Assembly: GCA_012514145.1 (NCBI GenBank)
Contig: JAAZAV010000033.1
Span: 8,153 to 72,152 of the forward strand
DNA: 64,000 bases
Source of the DNA: Clostridiales bacterium
GTDB taxonomy: Bacteria; Bacillota; Clostridia; Oscillospirales; CAG-272
Direction of reading: 5' to 3'
Positions 54,577 to 63,710 of the stretch are shown here, in pieces. The notes below the pieces were generated by a model. That model saw only the letters and a program-made list of their open reading frames with translations, had not been told where the DNA came from and made no database searches. The position numbers were made by a program, and so were the translations under genes. The first letter of the stretch is position 1. Each line of letters opens with the position of its first letter.

Positions 54577-56028
54577 ATGAATATGAAGATGTATGTTCGT
54601 CTGATTTCACTGATCCTTGCCGCCGCATCTGCAGCGCTGTTAGTATCCTGCGGCGGAACGCCGCCCACCGGTTCAGACGAGGCGACCGCCTCCGGTACCG
54701 ATACCGCCATAACCGAAGCCGATGTCACAACCGAGCTGACCGACGATCTCCCGCCCCTTGATTTCGAGGGTCATGAGTTTCTGGTCTACAGCCGCTACGC
54801 TCCCCTGTACTTCCTGGGACCGCTGGATGTGGAGGCTGAGAACGGCGAGGTGGTTAACGATGCCATCTTCCGCCGCAACCGCACCGTTGAGGAACGGCTG
54901 AATATTGTCTTTACCGAGCTCACCTACACCAACAACGACCAGCCCCGCACTCTGCTGCTTGCCGCCGACGACACCTATGACATGATGCAGGCCAAGGGTC
55001 TGAACGCCTTCAACTATGCCGCCGAGGGTCTGCTCCGCGAATGGAAGGAGCTTGACTACATCGACCTTGACAAGCCCTGGTGGGATATGTCAATCACCGA
55101 TGCGCTTTACATCAAGAACAAGCTCTACTTCGCCGTGGGCGCTTACAATCTGTCATCCTATGAGTTCACCCACATGCTGCTCTTCAACAAGAACCTTGCG
55201 GAAAACCTGAATCTCGGCGACCTCTATGCCATTGTCAATGACGGCAGCTGGACCTTCGACAAATTCCACTCTCTGGCTTTGCAGGCGGTGACAGACCTTG
55301 ACGGCGACGGCAGGTTCACCGATGCCGATCAATATGGTCTTGTCTCCCAGCCCAAGCAGGTGCTGCCCTGCTTCTGGATCGCCGCAAACGTGCTCTCAAT
55401 CGACCGCGATGCCGACGGCACACTTACCTTCGCGGCCAAGGAAAACCCAAAGTTCGCCGAGGTCTATCAGCGGATATTTGAAGTCACCCGGGGCGACAAT
55501 ATCTTCTACGAGATGAGCATCTCCCTCGACGACGTAAACGAGATTTCGAAACTGTTTGTCGCCGGTCAGTCGCTCTTCCACGATGTGGACTGCAACCGGG
55601 TTCCCTCCCTCCGCTCAATGGACACCGACTTCGGTATACTGCCTTTCCCCAAATATACCGAGGCTCAGGACAGATACTATACCCGCATAGAGGGCTGTGA
55701 GATGCCCATTATCCCCCTTGCCGTTGGAAATCTCGACCGCACGGGTGCCATTCTCGAGGCTATGTCATCTACTTCCTACACTACGGTTGTTCCCGCCTAT
55801 TATGAGGTCGCCCTGAAGGGCAAATATACCCGGGACGAAACGTCGGTGGAGATGCTGAATATCATATTCGGCAACCGGGTCTATGACCTGGGCGACACAA
55901 TTCTCACTTCCGAAATGCGCGACGGACCCTTCCGTGAGAAGTATGCCGCCGATGACCGGGATCTCGCCTCCACCCTCGCTACCATGGAATCGGCAGTCCT
56001 CGCAAAGTTAAAGAAATTCAGCGAATGA
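54577..56028 (+). CDS. SBP-like lipoprotein, paralogue 10 of 10
   Basis: Lipobox LLVSC|GG. Motifs GEVVNDAIFRRNRTVEERLNI, LLLAADDTYDMM, LDKPWW, DLDGDGRFTDAD, DFGILPFPKYTEAQ and YYEVALKGKYTRDETSVEMLNIIF. Confidence 0.7.
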   Translation: MNMKMYVRLISLILAAASAALLVSCGGTPPTGSDEATASGTDTAITEADVTTELTDDLPPLDFEGHEFLVYSRYAPLYFLGPLDVEAENGEVVNDAIFRRNRTVEERLNIVFTELTYTNNDQPRTLLLAADDTYDMMQAKGLNAFNYAAEGLLREWKELDYIDLDKPWWDMSITDALYIKNKLYFAVGAYNLSSYEFTHMLLFNKNLAENLNLGDLYAIVNDGSWTFDKFHSLALQAVTDLDGDGRFTDADQYGLVSQPKQVLPCFWIAANVLSIDRDADGTLTFAAKENPKFAEVYQRIFEVTRGDNIFYEMSISLDDVNEISKLFVAGQSLFHDVDCNRVPSLRSMDTDFGILPFPKYTEAQDRYYTRIEGCEMPIIPLAVGNLDRTGAILEAMSSTSYTTVVPAYYEVALKGKYTRDETSVEMLNIIFGNRVYDLGDTILTSEMRDGPFREKYAADDRDLASTLATMESAVLAKLKKFSE

Positions 56029-56068
56029 TCCATTCGCCATAACCGACAAAACATCGAAGGCAACAGCC

Positions 56069-57049
56069 ATGTCCGAAAACTTTCTCCGCTCACGATGGGG
56101 CGCGTTTATACATTTCCTCGGGAAGCGCGATATGACCGCCGCCGAGTGGAACGCACGAACCGCCGCTTTTGACGCCGAAGGACTTGCCGCTCAGCTTGCC
56201 GACGCGGGAGCTCGCTGGCTGTTCTTCACCATGGGGCAGGCATCGGGGCATTACGCCGCGCCGAACGCTTACTTCGATTCGGTGGCGGGCGGGGCTGACC
56301 CCGATTATGTCTCGAAGTGCTCAACCCGGGACCTGCCGTCGGAGCTGGGAAAAGCGCTTCTGAAGCGGGGCATAAGATTATGTCTCTACATGCCGAGTGA
56401 AGCGCCCAACTGTCCGAACTTCGGCTGGCGCTTCAACCGCCGCCCCGACGGCAGCATAATCGGCGACCGGCTGGCGGAATTTCAGCAGAAATGGGAAGCT
56501 GTAATCCGCGAATGGTCGCTGCGCTACGGGAAAACGGTTTCGGCGTGGTGGGTTGACTCCTGCTACTTTGCCGACGCCATGTACCGTTTTCCCGACCCGC
56601 CAAATTTCGCATCATTCGCGGCGGCGCTGAGAGCCGGCAATCCCGATGCGCTGCTTGCCTTCAATCCCGGCATCCGCATACCGGCGGAGAGCCTTACAGA
56701 TGAAGACGACTACACCGCCGGGGAGCTGGCAACCTCCCTTCCCACCGCCTTCGACCGTTTTCCCATAGGGGTGAAATCACCTGCAGGATTTGTGCCACTT
56801 GCCGAACTTGGGGACAGACCGCAGTATCATCTCCTCTGCTCCCTTGGGCGCGACTGGGGACATCTGGTGAAAACCGACGCCGGCATCGATATATGCCGAT
56901 TCCCTGCCGAGCTGGTGTACGGCTACACAGCCTATATACTCAATATGGGCGGCGCCATGACCTGGGAACTGCCCGTCGGCTATGACGGCAGGATGTTTGA
57001 GCCGGTTTTAGAGCAGCTCAGGCGGCTCAGGCACCTGAATCAGGATTAA
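56069..57049 (+). CDS. leaderless TIM-barrel glycosidase-like protein (alpha-L-fucosidase/GH29-like pattern)
   Basis: RWGAFIHF...AEWNARTAAFDAEGLAAQLADAGARWLFFTMGQASGH...STRDLPSELGKALLKRGIRLCLY parallels the GH29 N-terminal layout. The call is weak. Confidence 0.4.
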   Translation: MSENFLRSRWGAFIHFLGKRDMTAAEWNARTAAFDAEGLAAQLADAGARWLFFTMGQASGHYAAPNAYFDSVAGGADPDYVSKCSTRDLPSELGKALLKRGIRLCLYMPSEAPNCPNFGWRFNRRPDGSIIGDRLAEFQQKWEAVIREWSLRYGKTVSAWWVDSCYFADAMYRFPDPPNFASFAAALRAGNPDALLAFNPGIRIPAESLTDEDDYTAGELATSLPTAFDRFPIGVKSPAGFVPLAELGDRPQYHLLCSLGRDWGHLVKTDAGIDICRFPAELVYGYTAYILNMGGAMTWELPVGYDGRMFEPVLEQLRRLRHLNQD

Positions 57050-57084
57050 GAATAAAAAGAATAATACAAAAGAGGTACACGCAA

Positions 57085-58179
57085 ATGAAAGAATTTACCG
57101 GTTACATGCACGGCATGGGCATCGGCGGCTGGCTCACCAACTTCAAGCGTCTGCCCGTTCTCCCGGAGGGCTACAAGATGAAGCTGTCCACCGGCGACTT
57201 CGAGCATTTTGAAAAGTACATCACCCATGAGGACGTAAAGTACATCGCCTCCCTGGGCATGGATCACATCCGCCTCGCCTTCGACCAGTATGTGCTTGAA
57301 GAGTATGACAATCCCTGCGCCTACCGGGACGAGTGCTTCGGCCACATCGAGCGTTTCCTGAAATGGTGCGACGCCGAGGGGGTAAACGTCATATTGAATC
57401 TCCACAAAGCCATCGGCTGTATCTGCGACTTCAACGACTCCCGCTCACTCATGACCGAGCCGGAACTGCGGGAGCGTTTCGTCTGCCTCTGGTGCGAGAT
57501 AGAGAACCGCTTCCATGAGCATCCCGCCGTATTCGAGCTGATGAACGAGGTCACCGGCAGCGACAACGAAAACTGGAACACACTTGCCGCCGAGACCATC
57601 TCGGCTCTCCGCAAGCTCAACCCCACACGAATCATAATGGTGGGCAGCTCACAGTGGAATTCCTGCTCCCAGCTGAAGAATCTGCGCCTGTATGACGATG
57701 AGAATGTGGTCTACACCTTCCACAACTACGCCCCCCATCAGTTCACCCATCAGCGCGGCCTGCTCCAGGGCATGCAGCACTACTATAACCGCGACATGCC
57801 CTATCCCGGCGACATCGGACACTATATCGACTACTGCCATTCCTGCGGAGGAGACCCGAATCACTTCGCCCGCTACCCCGAGATGGGAAGACAGTACCTT
57901 TGGGACGTGCTGAAGCCCGCCGCCGATTTCATCGCCGCCAATCCCGACAAGATAGTCACCTGCGGCGAATTCGGCACCATCCGCCATTGCCCGATAGAGT
58001 GGCGCGAGAACTGGATGCGCGATATGATAACCTTCTGTCTCGACCATCAGATTCCCTACACCTGCTGGAACTATCTCTCCACACCCTATGACGGCAACCG
58101 CTTCTCGCTTGTGGACGATGACCGCCGCATAATCGTCTCCCGGGAAATGGCAAGGATAATCCGCGGGGAAGTGAGATAA
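57085..58179 (+). CDS. leaderless glycoside hydrolase family 5 enzyme
   Basis: MDHIRLAFD, VILNLHK, FELMNEV (acid/base Glu), HNYAPHQF and TCGEFG (nucleophile Glu). Confidence 0.8.
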   Translation: MKEFTGYMHGMGIGGWLTNFKRLPVLPEGYKMKLSTGDFEHFEKYITHEDVKYIASLGMDHIRLAFDQYVLEEYDNPCAYRDECFGHIERFLKWCDAEGVNVILNLHKAIGCICDFNDSRSLMTEPELRERFVCLWCEIENRFHEHPAVFELMNEVTGSDNENWNTLAAETISALRKLNPTRIIMVGSSQWNSCSQLKNLRLYDDENVVYTFHNYAPHQFTHQRGLLQGMQHYYNRDMPYPGDIGHYIDYCHSCGGDPNHFARYPEMGRQYLWDVLKPAADFIAANPDKIVTCGEFGTIRHCPIEWRENWMRDMITFCLDHQIPYTCWNYLSTPYDGNRFSLVDDDRRIIVSREMARIIRGEVR

Positions 58180-58268
58180 TAAGATAATAAATAAGATACA
58201 AAAGTTCTCGGAACGCTAAATCAAAGAGTTAAAGTTATTTCACATTCTTGACGAATATAATAATAAAA

Positions 58269-58312
58269 GCAGCAGGCAGCATCACACAAGGATGCTGCCT
58301 GCTATCTCTTTT
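58269..58312 (+). terminator. intrinsic terminator after the GH5 gene
   Basis: AGCAGGCAGCATC (58269-58281) pairs with GATGCTGCCTGCT (58289-58301), followed by a T-rich tract. Confidence 0.7.
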
Positions 58313-58393
58313 GTGTTATATAATATGACATGAATATGGCTAAAAATAGCATATTGTTATTATATTCAGCTATGTTTTTTCAAAATCATATTA

Positions 58394-58422
58394 TTGAAGT
58401 TTATAAAAATATGTGTTAAAAT
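58394..58422 (+). promoter_or_regulatory. sigma-A-like promoter for ftsH
   Basis: TTGAAG (58394-58399), 17 nt, TAAAAT (58417-58422), preceded by TGT. Confidence 0.45.
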
Positions 58423-58467
58423 CGCAGACAGTAATTACGGTCAAAGCTGATTCAGCAGGAGGTTACT

Positions 58468-60315
58468 ATGAACGGCACCGACAATCAGAACAACTCAGAC
58501 AACAGAAGAAAGATACCGCGCCCGATGCTCTATTACTACGGCATTGCGATTTTGATCATTATTCTTTTCAACTGGCTTATCGTACCCTGGTTTTTTTCAA
58601 TGCAGGTACAAACGACCACATATTTTGAGTTTATCAATTCCATAGAAGCGGGCGAAGTGACGAAGGTACATATTACCGACACCGAAATCAATTATGTCAG
58701 GAAAGAAAACGGAAAGACCTGTGTTTGTAAAACAGGCATAGTGGACAATCCGTCGCTTCCTCAGATGCTGCAGGAAAAGGGGATAGACTACGGAGCGGAG
58801 ATCCCCGAAAAGCCGAACATGCTGCTGTCAATTCTTCTGACATACGGCGTACCCGTTCTTATTTTCTTCCTGATAGGAAGAAAAATAAATAAAACGATGG
58901 CAAACAGGATGGGTGCCGCCGGACTTAATATCTACGGAGGGGGATCGGCAAAGGTATATACCCCCGACAGCGATAAAAAGAGCTTTGAAGATGTGGCTGG
59001 TCAGGATGAAGCGAAGGAATCGCTTGTAGAGATTATCGACTATCTCAACAATCCGAAAAAATACGAAGAGATAGGTGCAAAATGTCCGAAGGGCGTGCTT
59101 TTGGTGGGTCCTCCCGGCACGGGTAAAACTCTTATGGCAAAAGCCGTGGCAGGTGAGGCTAATGTGCCCTTTTTCTCGATTTCCGGTTCCGAATTTGTAG
59201 AGATGTTTGTAGGCAGAGGAGCGGCAAGAGTCAGAGAGCTCTTCGAACAGGCAAACAAGAAAGCTCCCTGTATTGTCTTTATAGATGAGATAGACACCAT
59301 AGGTAAGAAGAGAGATTCCGGATTCGGCAGCCATGACGAAAGAGAACAGACCCTCAATCAGCTTCTGACCGAGATGGACGGCTTTGAGGGCAACAAGGGT
59401 GTTGTTATTCTGGCAGCCACCAACAGACCCAATGTCCTTGACCCCGCTCTGCTTCGCCCGGGCCGTTTTGACAGGCAGGTAAGGCTTGAACTGCCCGACC
59501 TTATGGGCAGAGAGGCAATCCTCGAAGTGCATCTGAAAAAGATAAAGAGAAAGGCGGACATAGACGTCAATCTCATTGCCCGAATGACCGCCGGAGCTTC
59601 GGGAGCGCAGCTGGCAAATATAGTCAACGAAGCCGCGCTGAGAGCCGTCCGCAGCGGAAAAGACCGGGTAACCACGTCGGACCTTGCCGAATCGGTCGAA
59701 GTGATCATCGCCGGAGCGGAGAAGAAAAACGCGATCCTTTCAAAGGAAGAAAAGCGCATAGTAGCCTATCACGAGATCGGACACGCCCTCGTCGCGGCAA
59801 AGCAGACCGGAGCCGCGCCGGTGCAGAAGATAACTATCGTACCGAGAACATCGGGGGCATTGGGCTATACCATGCAGGTTGACGAGAGTGAAAAGGTGCT
59901 GTACAGCAAAAAGGACGCTTACCAAAGGCTGGAAGTACTCTGCGGAGGACGGGCGGCTGAAGAGATTGTATTTGACATGATTACCACGGGCGCTTCAAAC
60001 GATATAGAGAAAGCCACCGAACTCGCGAAAAACATGGTGACCCGCTACGGCATGTCCGAAACGTTCGGAATGATGGCTCTCGAAACCGGGGGGAACGCCT
60101 ATCTGGGCGAAGCGGGTCATTATAACTGCTCGCCCGAGACAGCCCGGCTGGTAGACGAGGAGGTTCGCGATATCATCGCAAAAGCATATGAGGGAGCGAA
60201 AGGAATCCTGTCGGAAAACAGAAGCAAGATGGACGAGCTTGCCGAATATCTTATCGATAAGGAAACCATAAGCGGTCAGGAGTTTATGGATATACTTGAG
60301 GGCAGGAAAAACTGA
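58468..60315 (+). CDS. ftsH: ATP-dependent zinc metalloprotease FtsH
   Basis: Two N-terminal TMs. AAA+ module with GPPGTGKT and DEID. SRH region and zinc motif HEIGHAL. Confidence 0.93.
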   Translation: MNGTDNQNNSDNRRKIPRPMLYYYGIAILIIILFNWLIVPWFFSMQVQTTTYFEFINSIEAGEVTKVHITDTEINYVRKENGKTCVCKTGIVDNPSLPQMLQEKGIDYGAEIPEKPNMLLSILLTYGVPVLIFFLIGRKINKTMANRMGAAGLNIYGGGSAKVYTPDSDKKSFEDVAGQDEAKESLVEIIDYLNNPKKYEEIGAKCPKGVLLVGPPGTGKTLMAKAVAGEANVPFFSISGSEFVEMFVGRGAARVRELFEQANKKAPCIVFIDEIDTIGKKRDSGFGSHDEREQTLNQLLTEMDGFEGNKGVVILAATNRPNVLDPALLRPGRFDRQVRLELPDLMGREAILEVHLKKIKRKADIDVNLIARMTAGASGAQLANIVNEAALRAVRSGKDRVTTSDLAESVEVIIAGAEKKNAILSKEEKRIVAYHEIGHALVAAKQTGAAPVQKITIVPRTSGALGYTMQVDESEKVLYSKKDAYQRLEVLCGGRAAEEIVFDMITTGASNDIEKATELAKNMVTRYGMSETFGMMALETGGNAYLGEAGHYNCSPETARLVDEEVRDIIAKAYEGAKGILSENRSKMDELAEYLIDKETISGQEFMDILEGRKN

Positions 60316-60366
60316 AACCCGCATTTCAGCCTGTATGTGAATAATTGCGGCATCTCATGAAATTGC

Positions 60367-60395
60367 TTGACTTTTAGCCGAAAGCACTGTACAAT
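60367..60395 (+). promoter_or_regulatory. sigma-A-like promoter for the CotH-family gene
   Basis: TTGACT (60367-60372), 17 nt, TACAAT (60390-60395). Confidence 0.5.
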
Positions 60396-60464
60396 ATTCA
60401 TCAAGTTAAACGCCGCACCTTACCTGAAAGCAATTACATGAGGAACTATACTGAACGATATACA

Positions 60465-61985
60465 ATGACGCTCCGTGCGCTGCTCATATGTCTCGCTCTC
60501 TGCATGCTGCTGCCTTTCACAGGCTGTGGCGGAGGGAGTGTTGAAGTCGGCGCGGACATTTGCGCGGATGAAGCCTCCGAAATCACTGTATCATACCCTC
60601 CCGCAACACTTCCCGCAAGCGCGTCACAAATCGGCGACATCAACGCGATAAACACCCCCGAAGGCTTCAGCCTTGCCAAATATCCCGCGGGCGACATCCC
60701 CAGAATCTATATTGAGACGGTATCGGAGACGGGTGAAAACGCCTCTCCTTCACACTCACACGCCGCCGGCATCACCGCGGAATACTCGCAGTGTCTGCTG
60801 GTGGTGGTGGATAAAAAGGGGGGCGGACATACCGCCGTGGCAGACGGCACCGGCATGGTCAGAGTGCGGGGCAACTCCACCGCAGGCGCGCCGAAAAAGC
60901 CCTACAACATCAAGTTTACCGACAAGGTTCCGCTGCTGGGCATGACCAGGGGGCGCAAATGGTGTCTGCTCGCCAACATGTATGACAAGTCGCTGATGCG
61001 CAACAAGATTTCCTACGATTTCACCGCCACTGCCGGCTGTTCCTGTCCCATGCAGACCCGCTTCGTCGACGTCTATGTTGACGGGAGGTTGCAGGGCAAC
61101 TACACGCTAACCACGCCCGCATCCGACGGCTACATCGGGCTTGACATCGGGAACGGTGACTATATCATTGAACGCGGCGGTGACCGTTGGGACTACGGCT
61201 CAACCTCCCGCCGGGTCTCGCCCGTATACGGAATCCCCTTCTCATACGACAACCCCGACGAATCGCTGCTCACCGACGAGCAGCGGATGGAGATAAAGTC
61301 CCTGCTCACCGCCGTCGATGAGGCGCTTGAAGCGCAGGACGAGGCGGCTATACGGAAAGTAATGGACATAAATTCCTTCGTCGCCATGTATGTGACGGAG
61401 GAACTGTTCAAGGACTGCGATATCTGCCACGGCTCCACCTACCACTATATCAAAGACGGGAAGATTTATGCCGGACCCATATGGGACATGGATCTTTCGA
61501 TGGGCAACGTTTCCCATTGGTACGACCAGGAGAAATATCGTATATACAACAATATGTCGGACTACCGGGGGCGTTCTCTCGGTCTCGGCAATGACGACAG
61601 CGCCGCCGGGCTTTGGGCACAGCTTGACTGGTACAGACCGCTGATGCAGTGCTCCTTCTTCCGGGTGCTGGTGCACGAGAAGTATGTCTCGCTTTTGGAC
61701 GATATCGAGAACATCTACCGGGAGGGCGGGCTTATCGATCAATATCTGCAGGAGTTCGGCGCCTCCTTTAAGCGCAACTATGCCGAATGCGGATGGTCGC
61801 TCACAACGACCTACTGCCCCTACGAGCTGGAGCGCCCTTTCCCCACCTTCGGGGAGAATGTGGAGTATCTGCGTGACTGGCTGAGACGGCGCGACGCCTG
61901 GCTGCGGGGCTACTTCGGCATAAGCGGCTCGCTCCCCGAGGACTCTCCCGAGTATGCAGTGCCCGAGACGCGGGCGTCGTGGTGA
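60465..61985 (+). CDS. CotH-family protein (atypical kinase fold), lipoprotein signal
   Basis: MTLRALLICLALCMLLPFTGC|GG gives the lipobox. RGNSTAGAPKKPYNIKF and KWCLLANMYDKSLMRNKISYDF are typical CotH motifs. Confidence 0.7.
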   Translation: MTLRALLICLALCMLLPFTGCGGGSVEVGADICADEASEITVSYPPATLPASASQIGDINAINTPEGFSLAKYPAGDIPRIYIETVSETGENASPSHSHAAGITAEYSQCLLVVVDKKGGGHTAVADGTGMVRVRGNSTAGAPKKPYNIKFTDKVPLLGMTRGRKWCLLANMYDKSLMRNKISYDFTATAGCSCPMQTRFVDVYVDGRLQGNYTLTTPASDGYIGLDIGNGDYIIERGGDRWDYGSTSRRVSPVYGIPFSYDNPDESLLTDEQRMEIKSLLTAVDEALEAQDEAAIRKVMDINSFVAMYVTEELFKDCDICHGSTYHYIKDGKIYAGPIWDMDLSMGNVSHWYDQEKYRIYNNMSDYRGRSLGLGNDDSAAGLWAQLDWYRPLMQCSFFRVLVHEKYVSLLDDIENIYREGGLIDQYLQEFGASFKRNYAECGWSLTTTYCPYELERPFPTFGENVEYLRDWLRRRDAWLRGYFGISGSLPEDSPEYAVPETRASW

Positions 61986-62015
61986 TATGGTGATATCGTG
62001 GTGATATGGTGATAT
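61978..62015 (+). repeat. perfect 2 x 19-nt tandem duplication (four GGTGATAT units) spanning the CotH stop
   Basis: CGTGGTGATATGGTGATAT occurs at 61978-61996 and again at 61997-62015. Confidence 0.9.
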
Positions 62016-62016
62016 T

Positions 62017-62157
62017 ATGAAAAAGCGCGGATTGTCTGCGAAGCTGATGCTTGCGGTGAATATCATAAGCTGGGCGGCTGCGTTGTTGCTCTATATTATT
62101 TACGGCAGGGATTATTACAAGAGGAAATATGCAGAAAAACTGAAACAGAAAAAATAA
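62017..62157 (+). CDS. possible 46-aa single-TM small protein (below the ORF-track cutoff)
   Basis: The product is MKKRGLSAKLMLAVNIISWAAALLLYIIYGRDYYKRKYAEKLKQKK. It is preceded by GGTGAT SD-like repeats and followed by a terminator. Confidence 0.4.
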   Translation: MKKRGLSAKLMLAVNIISWAAALLLYIIYGRDYYKRKYAEKLKQKK

Positions 62158-62162
62158 AAAAG

Positions 62163-62200
62163 GGGTACGGTATCATTTGTTTTGATGCCGTACCCGTTTT
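62163..62200. terminator. bidirectional intrinsic terminator
   Basis: GGGTACGGTATCA (62163-62175) pairs with TGATGCCGTACCC (62183-62195). An A-run lies 5-prime and a T-run 3-prime. Confidence 0.75.
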
Positions 62201-62213
62201 CTATATAATATAG

Positions 62214-63710
62214 TTATCGCGCTTTCTCAAGCAGGCAGCGCAGTACCTCATAAATCCGGACGGCAGATGCCACCGATAGCCGTTCGTCGGGTGAATGTAT
62301 GTCATACATGTCGGGACCTATCGAAACGGCGTCAAGGTCGGGGATGCGCGCCGATATAAGCCCGCATTCGAGTCCGGCGTGAACCACGCGGACAGCCGGC
62401 TCTTCTCCGGTTACGGTTCGGAAGGCAGCCAGTATCCCGCGCTGCAGGGGGGTATCCTGCTTCGGCGTCCAGCCGGGGTAGCCATCCTCGCGCAGAGCCT
62501 TACCGCCGCAGAGCAGAGCGATGCGCTGGACGTTGAGCCACAGCTCACGCATACGGGAATCGAATGCCGAGCGGGCGAGAGATTTCAGCACAAACTCCTC
62601 TCCGCCGGCGCCGGCGCCGGCATCGAGGGAAGCGAAACCGATATTGCATGAGGTATCGACTTCGCCGTTCCGCATGGAGGTCACGCCGTCGGGCAGCAGG
62701 GAAAGCAGGGTAACCGCGTTCGAGGTGCAGCGGGGGGTGAGCATTGTTTCCGGTCGGGCGCATTTGTGTACGGCAAGCCGGACATTCGAGTCATCGGACA
62801 CAAACTCATGCCGCAGGGAGCGCATGAACGAATAGGCTGTGCCCGTGACGGCGTCGGGATCGTCCACCCCTATGACCGCCTCGCAGCTGCGGGGTATGAC
62901 ATTTGTGCGTCCGCCGCCCAAAAACGACACAAGACACATGGGGGCGGTTTTCTGCGCATGAAGGATGCGGGCGAGAATCCTCGCCATGACACGCACGGCA
63001 TTGGCGCGGCCGAGATGGATATCGGCGCCCGAATGCCCTCCCGTCAGCCCGGTGATTGTGAGTTTCAGCGGCTTATATGCACTGCCGAAGGGCTGGCGGT
63101 GAGTCGGAGCGGTCACGGTAAAATGCTGTCCGCCGACACAGCCTATGATAAGCGAGTTTTCCTTCCCGCTGTCGAGATTTATCAGCCGGCGGGCGGTTAC
63201 CCGGCTCCAGTCAAAGCCCTCTGCGCCCGACATTCCGGTCTCCTCGTCCACCGTAAAGACAGCCTCCAGACCGGCGGTTATTGCTTCATCCGTGAGCAGC
63301 GTTAGGGCGGCAGCCACACCGATACCGTTGTCGGCGCCGAGAGTGGTGCCGTCGGCGTACAGCATGCCGTCGGCGTACACCACCGATATGGGGTCGGCGG
63401 TGAAGTCGTGGTTCGAGTCGGGGCGCTTCTCACAGACCATGTCAAGGTGCGCCTGAAGCAGGTATGTTATGCTTCCGTCGTCAGCGGGGCGGCGAATATG
63501 GACGTTGTTCAGTTTGTCCCGTGTATATTCAAGCCCGCGGGCGGCGGCAAAGGCGCAGACATAATCGGCAGCGCCCGCCTCATTGCCCGAGCATCGGGGT
63601 ATCTCCGACAGTTCGCCGAAGATTTCGAACATTCGCAGGGCGGAATCGGGGGGATATACACGGGACGCCCCGCGGGCAGCTTCCCGCAGGGCGTTCACGT
63701 TTTTTATCAT
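62214..63710 (-). CDS. pepD: aminoacyl-histidine dipeptidase (M20 family, PepD-type)
   Basis: 498 aa. EIPRCSGNE, HLDMVCEK, GADNGIGVAAAL and VDEETGMSGA are metal-ligand motifs. Confidence 0.85.
   Translation of the reverse strand: MIKNVNALREAARGASRVYPPDSALRMFEIFGELSEIPRCSGNEAGAADYVCAFAAARGLEYTRDKLNNVHIRRPADDGSITYLLQAHLDMVCEKRPDSNHDFTADPISVVYADGMLYADGTTLGADNGIGVAAALTLLTDEAITAGLEAVFTVDEETGMSGAEGFDWSRVTARRLINLDSGKENSLIIGCVGGQHFTVTAPTHRQPFGSAYKPLKLTITGLTGGHSGADIHLGRANAVRVMARILARILHAQKTAPMCLVSFLGGGRTNVIPRSCEAVIGVDDPDAVTGTAYSFMRSLRHEFVSDDSNVRLAVHKCARPETMLTPRCTSNAVTLLSLLPDGVTSMRNGEVDTSCNIGFASLDAGAGAGGEEFVLKSLARSAFDSRMRELWLNVQRIALLCGGKALREDGYPGWTPKQDTPLQRGILAAFRTVTGEEPAVRVVHAGLECGLISARIPDLDAVSIGPDMYDIHSPDERLSVASAVRIYEVLRCLLEKAR

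Noticed and set aside
11363-56028. The idea that the ten lipoprotein genes are a recent DNA-level repeat or an assembly duplication.
   Set aside because: The sequences share only protein motifs. Linkers, lengths and most residues differ, and flanking genes are all different.
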